DNA of 64,000 nt, from the NCBI GenBank assembly GCA_029863705.1, contig JAOTUU010000003.1, positions 1,200 through 65,199 of the forward strand, written 5' to 3'. The notes under the pieces were generated by a model. The model was not told where the DNA came from, did not search any database, and worked only from the letters and a program-made list of their open reading frames with translations. Position numbers and translations under genes: made by a program. This stretch comes from Gammaproteobacteria bacterium (GTDB lineage Bacteria; Pseudomonadota; Gammaproteobacteria; Steroidobacterales; Woeseiaceae). Shown piece by piece: positions 12,028 through 22,469 of the stretch. Numbering within the stretch: position 1 is the stretch's first letter; the number at the start of each line of letters is the position of its first letter.

Positions 12028-12966
12028 ATGACCAGGAAGCGCCAACTTATCCACACCGTCTTTCTATTTCTCCTGCCGATAGTTGTGGCATGGATGGGTG
12101 CGGGGGTGCTGACAGCGCTCTTCCTCGTTGGCCTGGCGCTGCTGTGGCGCTGGCTCATAGTGCTCAGCGGGGTGACCGCGCCCGAAGCCACGCCGGACGT
12201 CGTGCTGGAGACCATTGCCGCGAGCCACTTCGTCGAGAAGGTGCGCTGGTGCATGGATCGAATGCAGCTTGAGTACACCGAGCGCCAGTCGGGCGGCACG
12301 CTGGGTGTGTTCTTTACGGGGAGGACCGTGCCGCAACTTCGTGTGCGAACAGGCCTTGTCGAATCGGTCATTGGCAACTCGCCGGAAATATTGCGTTTCC
12401 TCTGGGGTGCGTACAGTGCGCGATCACCGCAGGAAATGGCGTTTCTCGAACCAACGACCGGGCGGCTGGAGCTGGAAAGCAGGATCGACCGACACGGCCG
12501 AAACCTGCAGGTGTGGATCTACTACCATTTGTTGCGTGACCGCGAGCTAACGTTGCAAGCATGGGGCGCGAACAACCCGGCGGTTCCCGCATGGCAGCGG
12601 CAAGTTCTGCGCCTGATCTTCCCGCTTCTCGCTATGCTGATTCGCCGCGCATTCGCCATTACAGACGAGCATTACACGAGGTCCGTTCTGCATATCGAAG
12701 AGCTGCTCAGCGAGGTTGATACGGTACTTGCAGACGGGCGGGGCTCGATCCTCGGCGGCGACGCCGTCAACTTCACTGATCTGGCGTTTGCTGCAAATAC
12801 GGGGTTGTGGCTTCAGCCTGAGAATTACGGTGGCGGCAAAGCCGACGCCTGCCGCATTGAACGAGACCGCATGCCGGCGGAAATGCGCGCTGACATAGAG
12901 CGCTGGATCGAAGACTTTCCCAGGGCCGCCGGGTTTGTTGAGGGGCTGTATGAAGACGAGCGGTGA
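12028..12966 (+). CDS. hypothetical membrane-anchored protein, possibly glutathione S-transferase-like fold
   Basis: The start is placed at ATG 12028 (MTRKRQLIHTVFLFLLPIVVAW...); the track's longer ORF overlaps the divergent exporter gene. Two N-terminal TM helices are followed by a pattern reminiscent of GST N-domains (SHFVEKVRWCMDRMQLEYTE...TVPQL...SPEILRFLW). This is a weak, motif-level call only. Confidence 0.35.
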   Translation: MTRKRQLIHTVFLFLLPIVVAWMGAGVLTALFLVGLALLWRWLIVLSGVTAPEATPDVVLETIAASHFVEKVRWCMDRMQLEYTERQSGGTLGVFFTGRTVPQLRVRTGLVESVIGNSPEILRFLWGAYSARSPQEMAFLEPTTGRLELESRIDRHGRNLQVWIYYHLLRDRELTLQAWGANNPAVPAWQRQVLRLIFPLLAMLIRRAFAITDEHYTRSVLHIEELLSEVDTVLADGRGSILGGDAVNFTDLAFAANTGLWLQPENYGGGKADACRIERDRMPAEMRADIERWIEDFPRAAGFVEGLYEDER

Positions 12967-13054
12967 TGAGAAGGCCTGGGTCGAAACCAAATCGACCGGC
13001 ACCGGTCTACCGACTGCCGGTGAAGAGCTTAAAGGGTCTAGCGCTAGAACGACA

Positions 13055-14374
13055 ATGAAAAAATTATTTCTTGGCGCTTCGGCGCTGCTGCTGCTGGCCG
13101 CTTGCGGGCAGGAACAGCCCGCCTCACAGCAGGTGGCCGATGAGGCGCAGCTTGACCCGATAGCCGAGCGCTACGTCCGGTTGGCGTTAGCGCTGGGCGA
13201 GCACGACGACGACTACGTCGACGCTTACTTCGGCCCCGCCGAGTGGCGCGAACAGGCGAAGCAGGAGGCGCTTGATCTTGCCGCAATAACAGTCGCTGCC
13301 GACAAGCTGGTTGCGGAGCTGCAGGCGCTGAAGGTGTCCAGCGCAGAAAGATACGCTGCGCTTCGCCACAACTTTCTGCTTTCACACCTGGGCTCCATGG
13401 CCGCTATCAGCCGCATGCGCAACGGCGAGACCCTGAGCTTCGATGAAGAGTCCAGGGCGGTTTATGGTTTCGTCGCGCCGAGTTTTCCGCTTGAGCATTA
13501 CGACGATGCGCTGCAGAAGCTGGAAGCACTGCTACCCGGCAACGGGCCCCTGCACGAGCGTTACCAGGCATTCTTGCAGCAATTCAAAATCCCCGAAGAC
13601 AAAGTGAAGGCGGTGGTTCGAAAGGGCCTCGAGGCTTGCCGCGAGCAGACGCGGCAACACATGACGATGGTCGAAGGCGAAAACTTCTCACTAGAGTTCG
13701 TAACCGGACAGCCATGGAGCGCATACAACTGGTATCAGGGCAATGGTCAGGGGCTTATCCAGATAAACCTCGACCGGCCAAAGTACCTGGGTACGTCGAT
13801 CAGACTTGGGTGTCACGAGGGCTATCCAGGGCACCACCTGTTTAGCACCATGCTCGATGCCGAGTATCTGCAAAAGCGCGGCTGGGTTGAGTTTTCAGTG
13901 TTACCGCTATTCTCTCCGCAAGGCATGATCTTCGAGGGTAGCGGCGACCTTGCGTCCAGGGTTGCGTTTCCGGGCGATGAGCGCACGGCATTCCTGCGTG
14001 ATGTCATCGTGCCAATAGCGGGCCTCGGGACAGTTGATTTGGAAACAGCCGCAGCGGTACGAGAGGCCACCCAGGAGCTGCGCTACGCCGGTATTGAGGC
14101 GGCACGGCATTACCTGGATGGCGACTGGAGCAAGGAACAAACGATCGAGTGGCTAACAAGCTACGCTTTGGTCGGGCCAGAAAGCATCGACGCCTGGTTC
14201 GGCTTTACGGCGCGCTATCGCGCTTACCGAATTAACTACGTCCTGGGCGAAGACCTCGTTTTGTCTTTCGTGCGCGCACGCAACCCGGACGCAGATCCGG
14301 AGGGCGACTGGGACGCTCTGGCCGAGCTATTGTCGTTGCCACCGACGCCCGCGCTATTTGCTGACGAGCGCTAG
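13055..14374 (+). CDS. lipoprotein, DUF885-like putative metallopeptidase (HExxPGHH motif)
   Basis: Start at ATG 13055 gives MKKLFLGASALLLLAACGQEQ, a signal peptide with lipobox LAAC. The motif CHEGYPGHHLF resembles the HExxPGHH signature of the DUF885 family. Confidence 0.5.
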   Translation: MKKLFLGASALLLLAACGQEQPASQQVADEAQLDPIAERYVRLALALGEHDDDYVDAYFGPAEWREQAKQEALDLAAITVAADKLVAELQALKVSSAERYAALRHNFLLSHLGSMAAISRMRNGETLSFDEESRAVYGFVAPSFPLEHYDDALQKLEALLPGNGPLHERYQAFLQQFKIPEDKVKAVVRKGLEACREQTRQHMTMVEGENFSLEFVTGQPWSAYNWYQGNGQGLIQINLDRPKYLGTSIRLGCHEGYPGHHLFSTMLDAEYLQKRGWVEFSVLPLFSPQGMIFEGSGDLASRVAFPGDERTAFLRDVIVPIAGLGTVDLETAAAVREATQELRYAGIEAARHYLDGDWSKEQTIEWLTSYALVGPESIDAWFGFTARYRAYRINYVLGEDLVLSFVRARNPDADPEGDWDALAELLSLPPTPALFADER

Positions 14375-16026
14375 TCTTCGGGGGCGAACATATCGCCGAA
14401 AAAGTCGCCTTCATTCCAGGTAGGGCGGTCATCGTCGTTGGCAACAGCGAGCCCGATACGCGCGTTAGCGCGCGCGAAACGCACGGCGGAATCCCAGTCC
14501 ACCGGCCGGCTAAGGTCATCCGACGGCTTGTGATAGTGATTCTTGAGGTGGTCTTTATAGGCCGCCTCTCCATCGATATCCGGATCACTCGAGCGATTAC
14601 TAACATCGAGGTATGACGCGGGTATGCCCTTTTTGACGAACGAGTACTGGTCGCTGCGGATGAAGAAGTTTTCTTCGGGCAGCGGATCCGGTACCAACAC
14701 AAAGCCCTCCGCCTCAGCCGCGGCAGCCATCGGCTTTTGCAGCGACGAGTGCTCGGCGCCAAAGCCGATGATTTCAGCAACAGGAAACAGAAACAGCGGC
14801 ATGTCGAGGTTGACGTTGGCAACGATAGAGTCGCTGGGCACGGTTGGGTAGTGCGCGAAGTAGTCCGAGCCAAGCAGCCCCTTTTCTTCAGCGGTTAGTC
14901 CAATGAACATGACGGAGCGCCGTGGCGGCGCTGCCGCGATAGCCCGGGCAGCTTCAAGCATCAGCGCGATACCCATCGCGTTGTCATAGGCGCCGTTGTT
15001 GATCTTGTCGGTACTTCCCTCAACCGGCTCGCCGATGCCGGTGTGGTCAAGGTGGGCGCTAAAGACAACGTACTCGTCGGCAAGTTTCGGGTCGGTGCCA
15101 CGAACGACGCCGATTACGTTGGGGCTTTCGATGCTCGAATGAGAGGTCTTGCGCGCCAGGCTCACTTCAATACCCAGTGGAACGGAGGCTGGCGTATCCG
15201 ACTCGGTTGCCGCTCGTGCATCTGCGAATGAAATGGGTGTGCCGGCCATCATTTCTGTGGCGGCGTCGACGCTCATGAACACGGAGCCTTCGAGCTCCGG
15301 AAAGTAACCGGAGGCAGCGCCGGACAGGTCGACCCAGGCCATGCCGGGCTTCTTGCCAACTACCTTTTTAACACGCTCCCAGGGAAAGCTTTCGACGGAG
15401 CGTTGTGAGCGTAACCCGACCACACCAACCGCCCCCCGATCTACTGCTTCCTGAGCCTTAACGCGCGTAGAGGCGTAGTACGCGCGGTGGTCGGCAGGCA
15501 ATGTCGAAGGTGCGTTATCAAACATCGCGACGATCTTGCCTTCAACGTCAACGCCCTCGTAGTCTGAGTAATCAAAATCCGGCGCGTGTACTCCGAAGCC
15601 CACATACACGACCTCGGCACGAACGAAGTTCTCGCTGCGAACAGCGTCACCGCGCATCGAGAATTGCTCTTTGTATTCAAGCGCAGCGTCGACGCCGTCC
15701 CGATGTACGACCATTGTCGGGCTGTCGGGATCGAGCAAGTAGGTGACCAAAGGTACTTGCTGGTACCAACCATCAACACCCCCTGGCTCAAGGCCCATCG
15801 TGGCAAATTGTTCGGAGACGTAAGTGGCCGCGAGATCATAACCGGGCTGCCCGGCTTCGCGACCTTCGAGCGAGTCGTCGGCGAGATAAGTGAGATGTGC
15901 GGACAATGCCTCCTGGCTGATCGTATCGAGCGCGTCATCCAGGAGCGTGTCGTCGGGGGCGGGCTGCTTTTCACAAGCACCAAGGACAACAAGCGACAAA
16001 GCAAGGACTAGGCATTTAGTTTTCAT
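14371..16026 (-). CDS. M28-family aminopeptidase with PA domain, lipoprotein
   Basis: Signal/lipobox MKTKCLVLALSLVVLGACEKQ. M28 metal-ligand regions are present: VVFSAHLDHTGIG, YDNAMGIALMLEAARAI, FIGLTAEEKGLLGSDYF, YHKPSDD. Confidence 0.75.
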   Translation of the reverse strand: MKTKCLVLALSLVVLGACEKQPAPDDTLLDDALDTISQEALSAHLTYLADDSLEGREAGQPGYDLAATYVSEQFATMGLEPGGVDGWYQQVPLVTYLLDPDSPTMVVHRDGVDAALEYKEQFSMRGDAVRSENFVRAEVVYVGFGVHAPDFDYSDYEGVDVEGKIVAMFDNAPSTLPADHRAYYASTRVKAQEAVDRGAVGVVGLRSQRSVESFPWERVKKVVGKKPGMAWVDLSGAASGYFPELEGSVFMSVDAATEMMAGTPISFADARAATESDTPASVPLGIEVSLARKTSHSSIESPNVIGVVRGTDPKLADEYVVFSAHLDHTGIGEPVEGSTDKINNGAYDNAMGIALMLEAARAIAAAPPRRSVMFIGLTAEEKGLLGSDYFAHYPTVPSDSIVANVNLDMPLFLFPVAEIIGFGAEHSSLQKPMAAAAEAEGFVLVPDPLPEENFFIRSDQYSFVKKGIPASYLDVSNRSSDPDIDGEAAYKDHLKNHYHKPSDDLSRPVDWDSAVRFARANARIGLAVANDDDRPTWNEGDFFGDMFAPED

Positions 16027-16753
16027 TTTCCGGGCCTCTATATAAACGACTTATCTCGCGCATTTTGGACTCAACCCATTCCTGCGCGATCCTGTTGGTT
16101 TCTTTCGGGGCGCGGCCGGCCGGGTCGATCGGCGGGCCAATACAAAAACGAATGTCGCCGGGCACTTTGCGCAAACCACGGCGCGGCCAGAAGTCACCGG
16201 CGTTGTGTGCAACCGGAACAACCGGGCAACCAGCTTCTCTTGCCAGCGCAGCACCGCTGACGCCGTAGCGACGAGTTTCGCCGGGCGCCATGCGCGTACC
16301 CTCCGGGAAGATGCAAACGCTTTTTCCGGAGGCGATTCGGTCTTTTCCCTGGGCAAGAACTTGCTTCACGGCCGAGCCACCCGCACCGCGGTTGACCGCG
16401 ATCGATTTCATTACAAAGCCCAGGGCCCAGCCGAAAACAGGCACCCACAACAACTCGCGCTTTAACACCCAGGTTGAGGGCGGTAACGCGGCGATCTGCC
16501 AGTAGGCCTCCATCGCGGTCGTGTGCTTGATAAGAAAGACGCTGGGCTCGTCGGGAATGTTCTCGGTGCCTTCAGTTGTAACATTGAGGCCACAAAAAAA
16601 CTTGCCAGCCCAAAGGCAAAACCGCGCCCAACCAACAGCGATGCTCCAGTTCACGCGAAACGGCGCCCAAAAAAATACCAGCTCGAGCGCAGCACCAAGA
16701 ATTGCCGAAGCAAAAAGGAGGGCGGTGAAAATCAGTGAGCGAAGGGTTAGCAC
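16016..16753 (-). CDS. 1-acyl-sn-glycerol-3-phosphate (lysophospholipid) acyltransferase family protein
   Basis: 245-aa ORF with an N-terminal TM, an acyltransferase block I-like region (FLIKHTTAMEAYW) and block III (CIFPEGTR). Its position next to glyS mirrors the Pseudomonas PA0005 (lptA) arrangement. The GTG start shares one nt with the glyS TAG stop. Confidence 0.75.
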   Translation of the reverse strand: MLTLRSLIFTALLFASAILGAALELVFFWAPFRVNWSIAVGWARFCLWAGKFFCGLNVTTEGTENIPDEPSVFLIKHTTAMEAYWQIAALPPSTWVLKRELLWVPVFGWALGFVMKSIAVNRGAGGSAVKQVLAQGKDRIASGKSVCIFPEGTRMAPGETRRYGVSGAALAREAGCPVVPVAHNAGDFWPRRGLRKVPGDIRFCIGPPIDPAGRAPKETNRIAQEWVESKMREISRLYRGPENEN

Positions 16754-18837
16754 TAAATCGCCAGTCGTGAAATATCCGCGACATCGAGAAACAAAGCCCG
16801 AAGCTCGCCAAGCAGGGCCAGGCGATTGTTCCGCAACGCTTCGTCATCTGCCATAACCATGACGTCATCGAAAAACCGATCGACCGGCGCACGGAGACCC
16901 GCAAGCACGGTTAGAGCTTTTGTATAGTCGCCAGCGTCAAGCAGGGGGCGAGCGATGTTTCTCGTTTCGCCCAGAGACAGCCAAAGGGCGCTCTCTGCTT
17001 CGTCGGCAAACAGCTTTTCATTGACGGTCGCGATGCCGTCGCCGCCTGCCTGGCGAAGAATGTTGGCGATGCGCTTGTTTGCCGCGGCGAGACTCGCTGC
17101 GGCGTCGAGCTTGATAAAAGCCTGTACGGCATCGAGGCGCCGACCGAAGTCGACCAGCGACGACGGGCGTCGAGCAAGAACCGCATCAAAGGTCTCTGTC
17201 GCAAGCGTTGTGTCACGATCGAGAAAGTAGCGGCGCAAGCGGTCGGCGATGTAGGTGTACAGCGAGTCACACAACTCGGCTTGATCAGCCTTCCCTTCGG
17301 GCTGCGCGCCAACGGCTTCGCCGATAAGCGCCTTAAGGTCGATGTCGAGGCCACACTCGACGAGGATCCGGACGATACCCAGGGCCGATCTGCGCAGGCC
17401 GAACGGGTCGCGATTACCTGAGGGCTTCTTGCCAATCGAAAAAATTCCGGCGAGCGAGTCGAGCTTATCGGCGACCGCGAGAATTTGGCCGTCGACCGAC
17501 GCCGGCAGCGAGTCTCGTGCGAAGCGCGGGCGGTAGTGATCACCGATGGCGACGGCAACAGCCCGCGGCTCACCTTCTGCTGCGGCGTAATAGCGCCCCA
17601 TCGTGCCCTGTAGCTCAGGAAATTCGCCAACCATGCCGGTGAGCAGGTCGCATTTGCAAAGCGCCGCTGCGCGCTGAACGACTTCAGCGTCTACGTCGAG
17701 AGCGGCAGCGACTGATGCTGCGAGCCTCGCTGTTCTTTCGGCCTTATCGCCGAGACTGCCAAGGCCGCGCTGGTAAACAACTTCGCGCAGCGCCTCTTGT
17801 CGTGCAGCAAGACCCATGCGGCGGTCTGAGTCCCAGAAAAAGGCAGCATCCGCCAACCGAGGCCGAATGACCCGCTCGTTACCATCGCGCACCTGGTCGG
17901 GATTCTTGCTCTCGAGGTTTGCGACCGTAATGAAGTGCGGTAACAACTTGCCGCCCTCGTCGGCGACCGCGAAATATCGTTGGTGGCTCGTCAGTGTTGA
18001 AATAACAACTTCGCGCGGCAGCTCGAGATACTTTTCGTCGAATGCACCGGTAATCGGAACGGGCCACTCGACCAGCGCCGCGACCTCGTCGAGCAGCGAT
18101 TCGGCGTCGACGACTTTGCCACCCGCGCGCTCGGCTTCTGCGTTTACACCGGCAAGGATCAGTTCCCGGCGTCGCTCGAAGTCAGCAATAACGTGTCCGC
18201 TTTTCTCGAGCGATGCGAGATAGTCGCCGGGCGTTTTGATGACGATGGGCTCGTCGCAGTGGAAGCGATGGCCGCGCGACTGATTGCCGGCCGCGATGCC
18301 CATGACCGAAGCGCTGAGAACATCGCTGCCGTGTAAAAGCACGACCCAGTGCACGGGGCGCACAAACTCGGCATCGCCAGCGCCCCAGCGCATGCGCCTT
18401 GGTATCGGTAATGCGGCCAATGCCTTTTCGATCAGCGGCGGCATAAGCTCGGCGGACGTTTTACCGGGCTCGACGATGTCGCAGGATAACCACTCGCCCT
18501 TTGCCGTGCTCGTGCGACCAAGGTCAGCGACGGCGACACCGCATTTTTTTGCAAAGGCCACGGCGGCCGGAGTGGCCTTGCCATCAGCATCGAAAGCGAT
18601 TGATACAGGCGGACCCTTCTGCGAAACGGTTCGATCGCCCTGGCCTCGCGCCAGGCTTTCGATTAATACGGTGAGCCGGCGAGGGCTCGCATAGGTATGC
18701 ACCGCCCCATGTTCGAGGCGCGCCCCATCGACCGCCACCTCGAGGCCCTGGCCGAAGGCCGTCATCAGGGAGCGCAGCGCTTTCGGCGGTAGCTCTTCTG
18801 TTCCAATCTCTACAAGAAAGTCGGCGGCGGCGCTCAT
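16753..18837 (-). CDS. glyS: glycine--tRNA ligase beta subunit
   Basis: 694-aa ORF starting [21 protein letters not shown]... with a typical GlyS N-terminus and length. It is translationally coupled to glyQ (ATGA overlap at 18834-18837). Confidence 0.95.
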   Translation of the reverse strand: MSAAADFLVEIGTEELPPKALRSLMTAFGQGLEVAVDGARLEHGAVHTYASPRRLTVLIESLARGQGDRTVSQKGPPVSIAFDADGKATPAAVAFAKKCGVAVADLGRTSTAKGEWLSCDIVEPGKTSAELMPPLIEKALAALPIPRRMRWGAGDAEFVRPVHWVVLLHGSDVLSASVMGIAAGNQSRGHRFHCDEPIVIKTPGDYLASLEKSGHVIADFERRRELILAGVNAEAERAGGKVVDAESLLDEVAALVEWPVPITGAFDEKYLELPREVVISTLTSHQRYFAVADEGGKLLPHFITVANLESKNPDQVRDGNERVIRPRLADAAFFWDSDRRMGLAARQEALREVVYQRGLGSLGDKAERTARLAASVAAALDVDAEVVQRAAALCKCDLLTGMVGEFPELQGTMGRYYAAAEGEPRAVAVAIGDHYRPRFARDSLPASVDGQILAVADKLDSLAGIFSIGKKPSGNRDPFGLRRSALGIVRILVECGLDIDLKALIGEAVGAQPEGKADQAELCDSLYTYIADRLRRYFLDRDTTLATETFDAVLARRPSSLVDFGRRLDAVQAFIKLDAAASLAAANKRIANILRQAGGDGIATVNEKLFADEAESALWLSLGETRNIARPLLDAGDYTKALTVLAGLRAPVDRFFDDVMVMADDEALRNNRLALLGELRALFLDVADISRLAI

Positions 18838-19766
18838 GATGACGCACCGTTTTTGCCGACGGAACCCACCATCGGAAAGCCCAGCGCTTCGCGTGACGCG
18901 TAATAGGCTTCGGCAATTGCGCGCGCCATCGTCCGCACGCGCAGGATATAGCGCTGTCGCTCCGTGACGGATATCGCCTGGCGCGCATCCAGCAAGTTGA
19001 ACACGTGTGAGGCGACCAGCATTTGTTCATAAGCGGGCAGTGCGAGGCTCAGATCAATCAGCCTCGCGCTCTCGTGTTCGGCATGGTCGAACTCATGAAA
19101 CAGCGCGTCGACGTCGGCGGCCTCAAAGTTATACTTTGATTGTTCCACCTCGTTCTGGTGGTAAACGTCTCCGTACGTGATGCGACCAAGCGGGCCATCC
19201 GTCCAGACAAGATCGAAGATGCTTTCTACGCCCTGCAAATACATGGCAAGACGCTCAATGCCGTAGGTGATTTCACCGGTGACCGGCCGGCACTCGAGCC
19301 CACCGACTTGTTGAAAGTACGTGAACTGCGTAATTTCCATGCCGTTGAGCCAGACCTCCCAGCCGAGACCCCAGGCACCCAGGGTCGGCGACTCCCAGTT
19401 GTCTTCCACGAAGCGAATGTCATGTACTAGCGGGTCGATGCCGATGGCGCGCAACGAATCGAGATAAAGCTCCTGGATGTCTGCGGGAGATGGCTTGATG
19501 ACCACCTGGTACTGATAGTAGTGCTGCAAGCGAAACGGGTTGTCGCCGTAGCGCCCATCGGTCGGCCGCCGTGTCGGCTGCACGTACGCCGCGCTCCACG
19601 GTTCGGGCCCGATGGACCTGAGAAAGGTCGCCGGATGGAACGTGCCCGCACCCATTTCCTTGTCGTAGGGCTGCAGGATGACGCAGCCGCGCTCCGCCCA
19701 ATATTGCTGCAGTTTCAGAATCAAATCCTGAAAGCTGAGCACGGCGGACGCTTTTTGCTTGCTCAT
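18834..19766 (-). CDS. glyQ: glycine--tRNA ligase alpha subunit
   Basis: Start is placed at ATG 19766 ([35 protein letters not shown]...), the canonical GlyQ N-terminus. The track's extra 62 N-terminal residues look non-coding. 310 aa. Confidence 0.95.
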   Translation of the reverse strand: MSKQKASAVLSFQDLILKLQQYWAERGCVILQPYDKEMGAGTFHPATFLRSIGPEPWSAAYVQPTRRPTDGRYGDNPFRLQHYYQYQVVIKPSPADIQELYLDSLRAIGIDPLVHDIRFVEDNWESPTLGAWGLGWEVWLNGMEITQFTYFQQVGGLECRPVTGEITYGIERLAMYLQGVESIFDLVWTDGPLGRITYGDVYHQNEVEQSKYNFEAADVDALFHEFDHAEHESARLIDLSLALPAYEQMLVASHVFNLLDARQAISVTERQRYILRVRTMARAIAEAYYASREALGFPMVGSVGKNGASS

Positions 19767-20206
19767 TGGTGTTCTACCGGCCTCAAACCCGCGCAGTATA
19801 TAGGAATTTGGTCGGTTAGCACGACTTGCGAGCACGTGGGTAAAACCGCCACACGGGCACGTTACCGCGTACGCGCTTTCGGTTTGCTGCACGGCCAGCC
19901 CCCGCAATGCGTTTTCTACACAGCCGGCAGACGGGGCATTTCTCTCGGTCATGTCTCGATCCCGCTTGACGGGAGCTCCCTGCGGTCCGCTTTACTTCCC
20001 TCGATAAACGCCCCGCCCGCCGGCTCTACGATGATGGTTGTAGGGCCGGGAGCGTGGGATCTTTTTTTCCGGAAATAAAGCGCAGCGCAGCGAGCCATTC
20101 CGGAAAAAAATGATGCCAGGCTAGACGGCCGTGTGCCGGTTCGAAGAACGCGTATCCGTTGACGTGCCCATGCGACGATGTCGGTGTCGCGATCGCACGC
20201 TCGTGC

Positions 20207-20254
20207 AGCACTGTTCTGGTGCAATCTGATGACGTCTTGCACTATACTGGTGCA
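20207..20254. promoter_or_regulatory. two tandem NtrC-type enhancer sites (TGCACY-N5-GGTGCA)
   Basis: AGCACTGTTCTGGTGCA at 20207-20223 and TGCACTATACTGGTGCA at 20238-20254 compare well with the enterobacterial NtrC consensus TGCACCA-N3-TGGTGCA. They lie about 65-110 nt upstream of the sigma-54 promoter. Confidence 0.6.
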
Positions 20255-20316
20255 GTAACGGCGGCTGCGTCTTTTGTTATACCAATTAAATCAACAGCTT
20301 ACGGGGCGCACTATTT

Positions 20317-20332
20317 TGGCACGCTTAATGCA
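20317..20332 (+). promoter_or_regulatory. sigma-54 (-24/-12) promoter of glnA
   Basis: TGGCACGCTTAATGCA has GG and GC separated by 10 nt, matching TGGCAC-N5-TTGCW at all but one position of the -12 element. It lies 70 nt upstream of the glnA ATG. Confidence 0.65.
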
Positions 20333-20401
20333 ATTGTATTCGTAACCCGCCCCGGACAGACCGGGCGCTTTTATTGCGTTGTATTTTTGGAGGAAAGATT
20401 C

Positions 20402-21817
20402 ATGAAGCCCAAGGAGGTACTCGGCCTTATTAAAGATAATGAGGTCAAATTCGTCGATTTTCGTTTCACAGACACGAAGGGCAAGGAGCAGCATGTCACC
20501 GTTCCCGCCCATACGGTTGACGAAGATTTGTTTGAAGAAGGCAAGATGTTCGATGGCTCATCGATTTCTGGCTGGAAGGGTATTAATGAGTCCGACATGA
20601 TCCTGATGCCTGACCCGGCAACAGCCGTGATCGATGTCTTTCCCGACGAAACCACAGTCAACTTGCGCTGTAATGTCGTCGAGCCAGCGACGATGCAAGG
20701 CTACGATCGCTGTCCGCGCTCTCTCGCAGATCGCGCTGAGGCCTACCTCAAGTCGACGGGCATTGCGGATGCTGCGTTCTTCGGCCCGGAAAATGAGTTC
20801 TTTGTATTCGACCATGTGTCATGGGACGACAACATGCAGGGAGCCTTTTACAAGGTCGACTCGGATGAAGGTGCGTGGAACACCGATCGCGCCTCTTCCG
20901 AAGGCGAGGGCAACACGGGCCATCGGCCGACGGTCAAGGGTGGCTACTTTCCAGTGCCCCCGGTGGACTCTTTGCATGACCTGCGTTCAGCCATGTGTCT
21001 TGCAATCGAGGACATGGGCGTGGAAACAGAGGTGCACCATCATGAAGTCGCGACGGCAGGACAGTGCGAAATTGGCGCTAAATTCAACACCTTAGTACGC
21101 AAGGCCGACGAGGTTCAGATCCTCAAGTATGTCGTGCATAACGTCGCCCACGTCTACGGCAAGACCGCAACATTCATGCCGAAGCCCCTCGTCAACGACA
21201 ACGGTAGCGGTATGCACGTGCATCAGTCCCTGTTCAAAGACGGCGACAACCTTTTTTCCGGTGACGGTTACGGAGGCCTGTCGGAAACGGCGCTGTACTA
21301 CATTGGCGGAATCATCAAGCACGCGAAGGCGCTCAATGCATTCACGAACCCGGCAACGAACAGTTACAAACGGCTCGTTCCTGGATTCGAGGCACCGACG
21401 ATTCTTGCGTACTCGGCGCGTAACCGCTCTGCATCGATTCGTATTCCATACATATCGAATCCGAAGGGTCGCCGTATTGAAGTTCGCTTCCCCGATTCGA
21501 TGGCCAATCCGTACCTCGCATTCTCCGCGATGATGATGGCGGGCCTCGACGGCATCATGAACAAGATCCACCCCGGCGACGCCATGGACAAGGACCTGTA
21601 CGACCTGCCGCCAGAGGAAGAGAAAGAGCTGAAGCTGGTCGCATTTTCACTCGAAGAAGCCATGGATGCGCTGGGCGCGGATCGAGAATTCCTCAAGGCG
21701 GGCGACGTCTTCTCGGACGACCTCATTGACGCCTATGTCGAGCTGCTCGAAGAAAACGTCACGAGGCTGAGAATGACGACCCATCCGGTCGAATTCGACA
21801 TGTATTACAGCCTGTAA
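20402..21817 (+). CDS. glnA: glutamine synthetase type I
   Basis: Start at ATG 20402 preceded by [44 protein letters not shown]... matches GSI, with the adenylylation-loop region [17 protein letters not shown] and the ending VEFDMYYSL. 471 aa. Confidence 0.97.
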   Translation: MKPKEVLGLIKDNEVKFVDFRFTDTKGKEQHVTVPAHTVDEDLFEEGKMFDGSSISGWKGINESDMILMPDPATAVIDVFPDETTVNLRCNVVEPATMQGYDRCPRSLADRAEAYLKSTGIADAAFFGPENEFFVFDHVSWDDNMQGAFYKVDSDEGAWNTDRASSEGEGNTGHRPTVKGGYFPVPPVDSLHDLRSAMCLAIEDMGVETEVHHHEVATAGQCEIGAKFNTLVRKADEVQILKYVVHNVAHVYGKTATFMPKPLVNDNGSGMHVHQSLFKDGDNLFSGDGYGGLSETALYYIGGIIKHAKALNAFTNPATNSYKRLVPGFEAPTILAYSARNRSASIRIPYISNPKGRRIEVRFPDSMANPYLAFSAMMMAGLDGIMNKIHPGDAMDKDLYDLPPEEEKELKLVAFSLEEAMDALGADREFLKAGDVFSDDLIDAYVELLEENVTRLRMTTHPVEFDMYYSL

Positions 21818-21834
21818 AATTAGAAAAGTGTGAA

Positions 21835-21857
21835 CCGGGCGGCATTTTGCCGCCCGG
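21835..21857 (+). terminator. stem-loop downstream of glnA (possible partial terminator before the DUF4124-ntrBC genes)
   Basis: CCGGGCGGC-atttt-GCCGCCCGG forms a perfect 9-bp GC-rich stem 18 nt after the glnA stop. No clear U-tract follows, so termination efficiency is uncertain. Confidence 0.4.
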
Positions 21858-21897
21858 GCACTAGCCCGGATTCCCCCTGCGCTGCTATGCTAACTCA

Positions 21898-22431
21898 ATG
21901 CAAACACGACCGATTCTCGTTCTACTCGGCTTATTCGCGTCGGCTACGGCCCTGGCGCAGGCCTACACGTGGGTGGACGAGGAAGGTGTTACGCATTATT
22001 CCGACCGACCGCAAGAGGGCGCGCAACAGGTTAACCTGGCCGAGTATTCTCGCAATACCGGCGCGCAACTTTACCGGCAAAGGCCAACAGCGGCAGCGGC
22101 TGATGACGCCGAAGAGGACGCCGGGCCATTCAAATACGAAAGCCTCGCGGTCGTCTCCCCTGGTCCAGAAGAAACGCTATGGAACATAGAGGGAGTATTG
22201 AACGTTTCCCTGGCGTTGAGTCCGGGCCTGCAGAGCGGCCATCGGGTTCGCGTTTATTTCGACGGCCAGCCGAGGGAAGTGAGCGGCTCGAGCATCCAGA
22301 TAGAGGACGTGTTTCGCGGTGTGCACAACATTCAGGTGGAGGTCATCGACGAGACGGGCAAACTGATGATCCGCAGTCAGACCAATCGCTTCTACGTCCA
22401 ACAGAACTCGATACTGACGGGCAGCCGTTAG
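21898..22431 (+). CDS. DUF4124 domain-containing periplasmic protein
   Basis: A signal peptide (MQTRPILVLLGLFASATALAQA) is followed by the YTWVDEEGVTHYSDRPQ motif characteristic of DUF4124. It is commonly found between glnA and ntrB in marine gammaproteobacteria. Confidence 0.7.
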   Translation: MQTRPILVLLGLFASATALAQAYTWVDEEGVTHYSDRPQEGAQQVNLAEYSRNTGAQLYRQRPTAAAADDAEEDAGPFKYESLAVVSPGPEETLWNIEGVLNVSLALSPGLQSGHRVRVYFDGQPREVSGSSIQIEDVFRGVHNIQVEVIDETGKLMIRSQTNRFYVQQNSILTGSR

Positions 22432-22469
22432 GCCAGCGCAAATCGTCGGGCCATTCTGGCGGCGGCGGG

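Noticed and set aside
19949-20242. 97-aa and 61-aa minus-strand ORFs and the 5' extension of the glnA track ORF (20159-20401) in the glyQ-glnA spacer.
   Set aside because: They have no motifs or RBS. The glnA extension would bury the NtrC sites and the sigma-54 promoter inside coding sequence, and ATG 20402 with its GGAGG RBS gives the canonical GlnA N-terminus.
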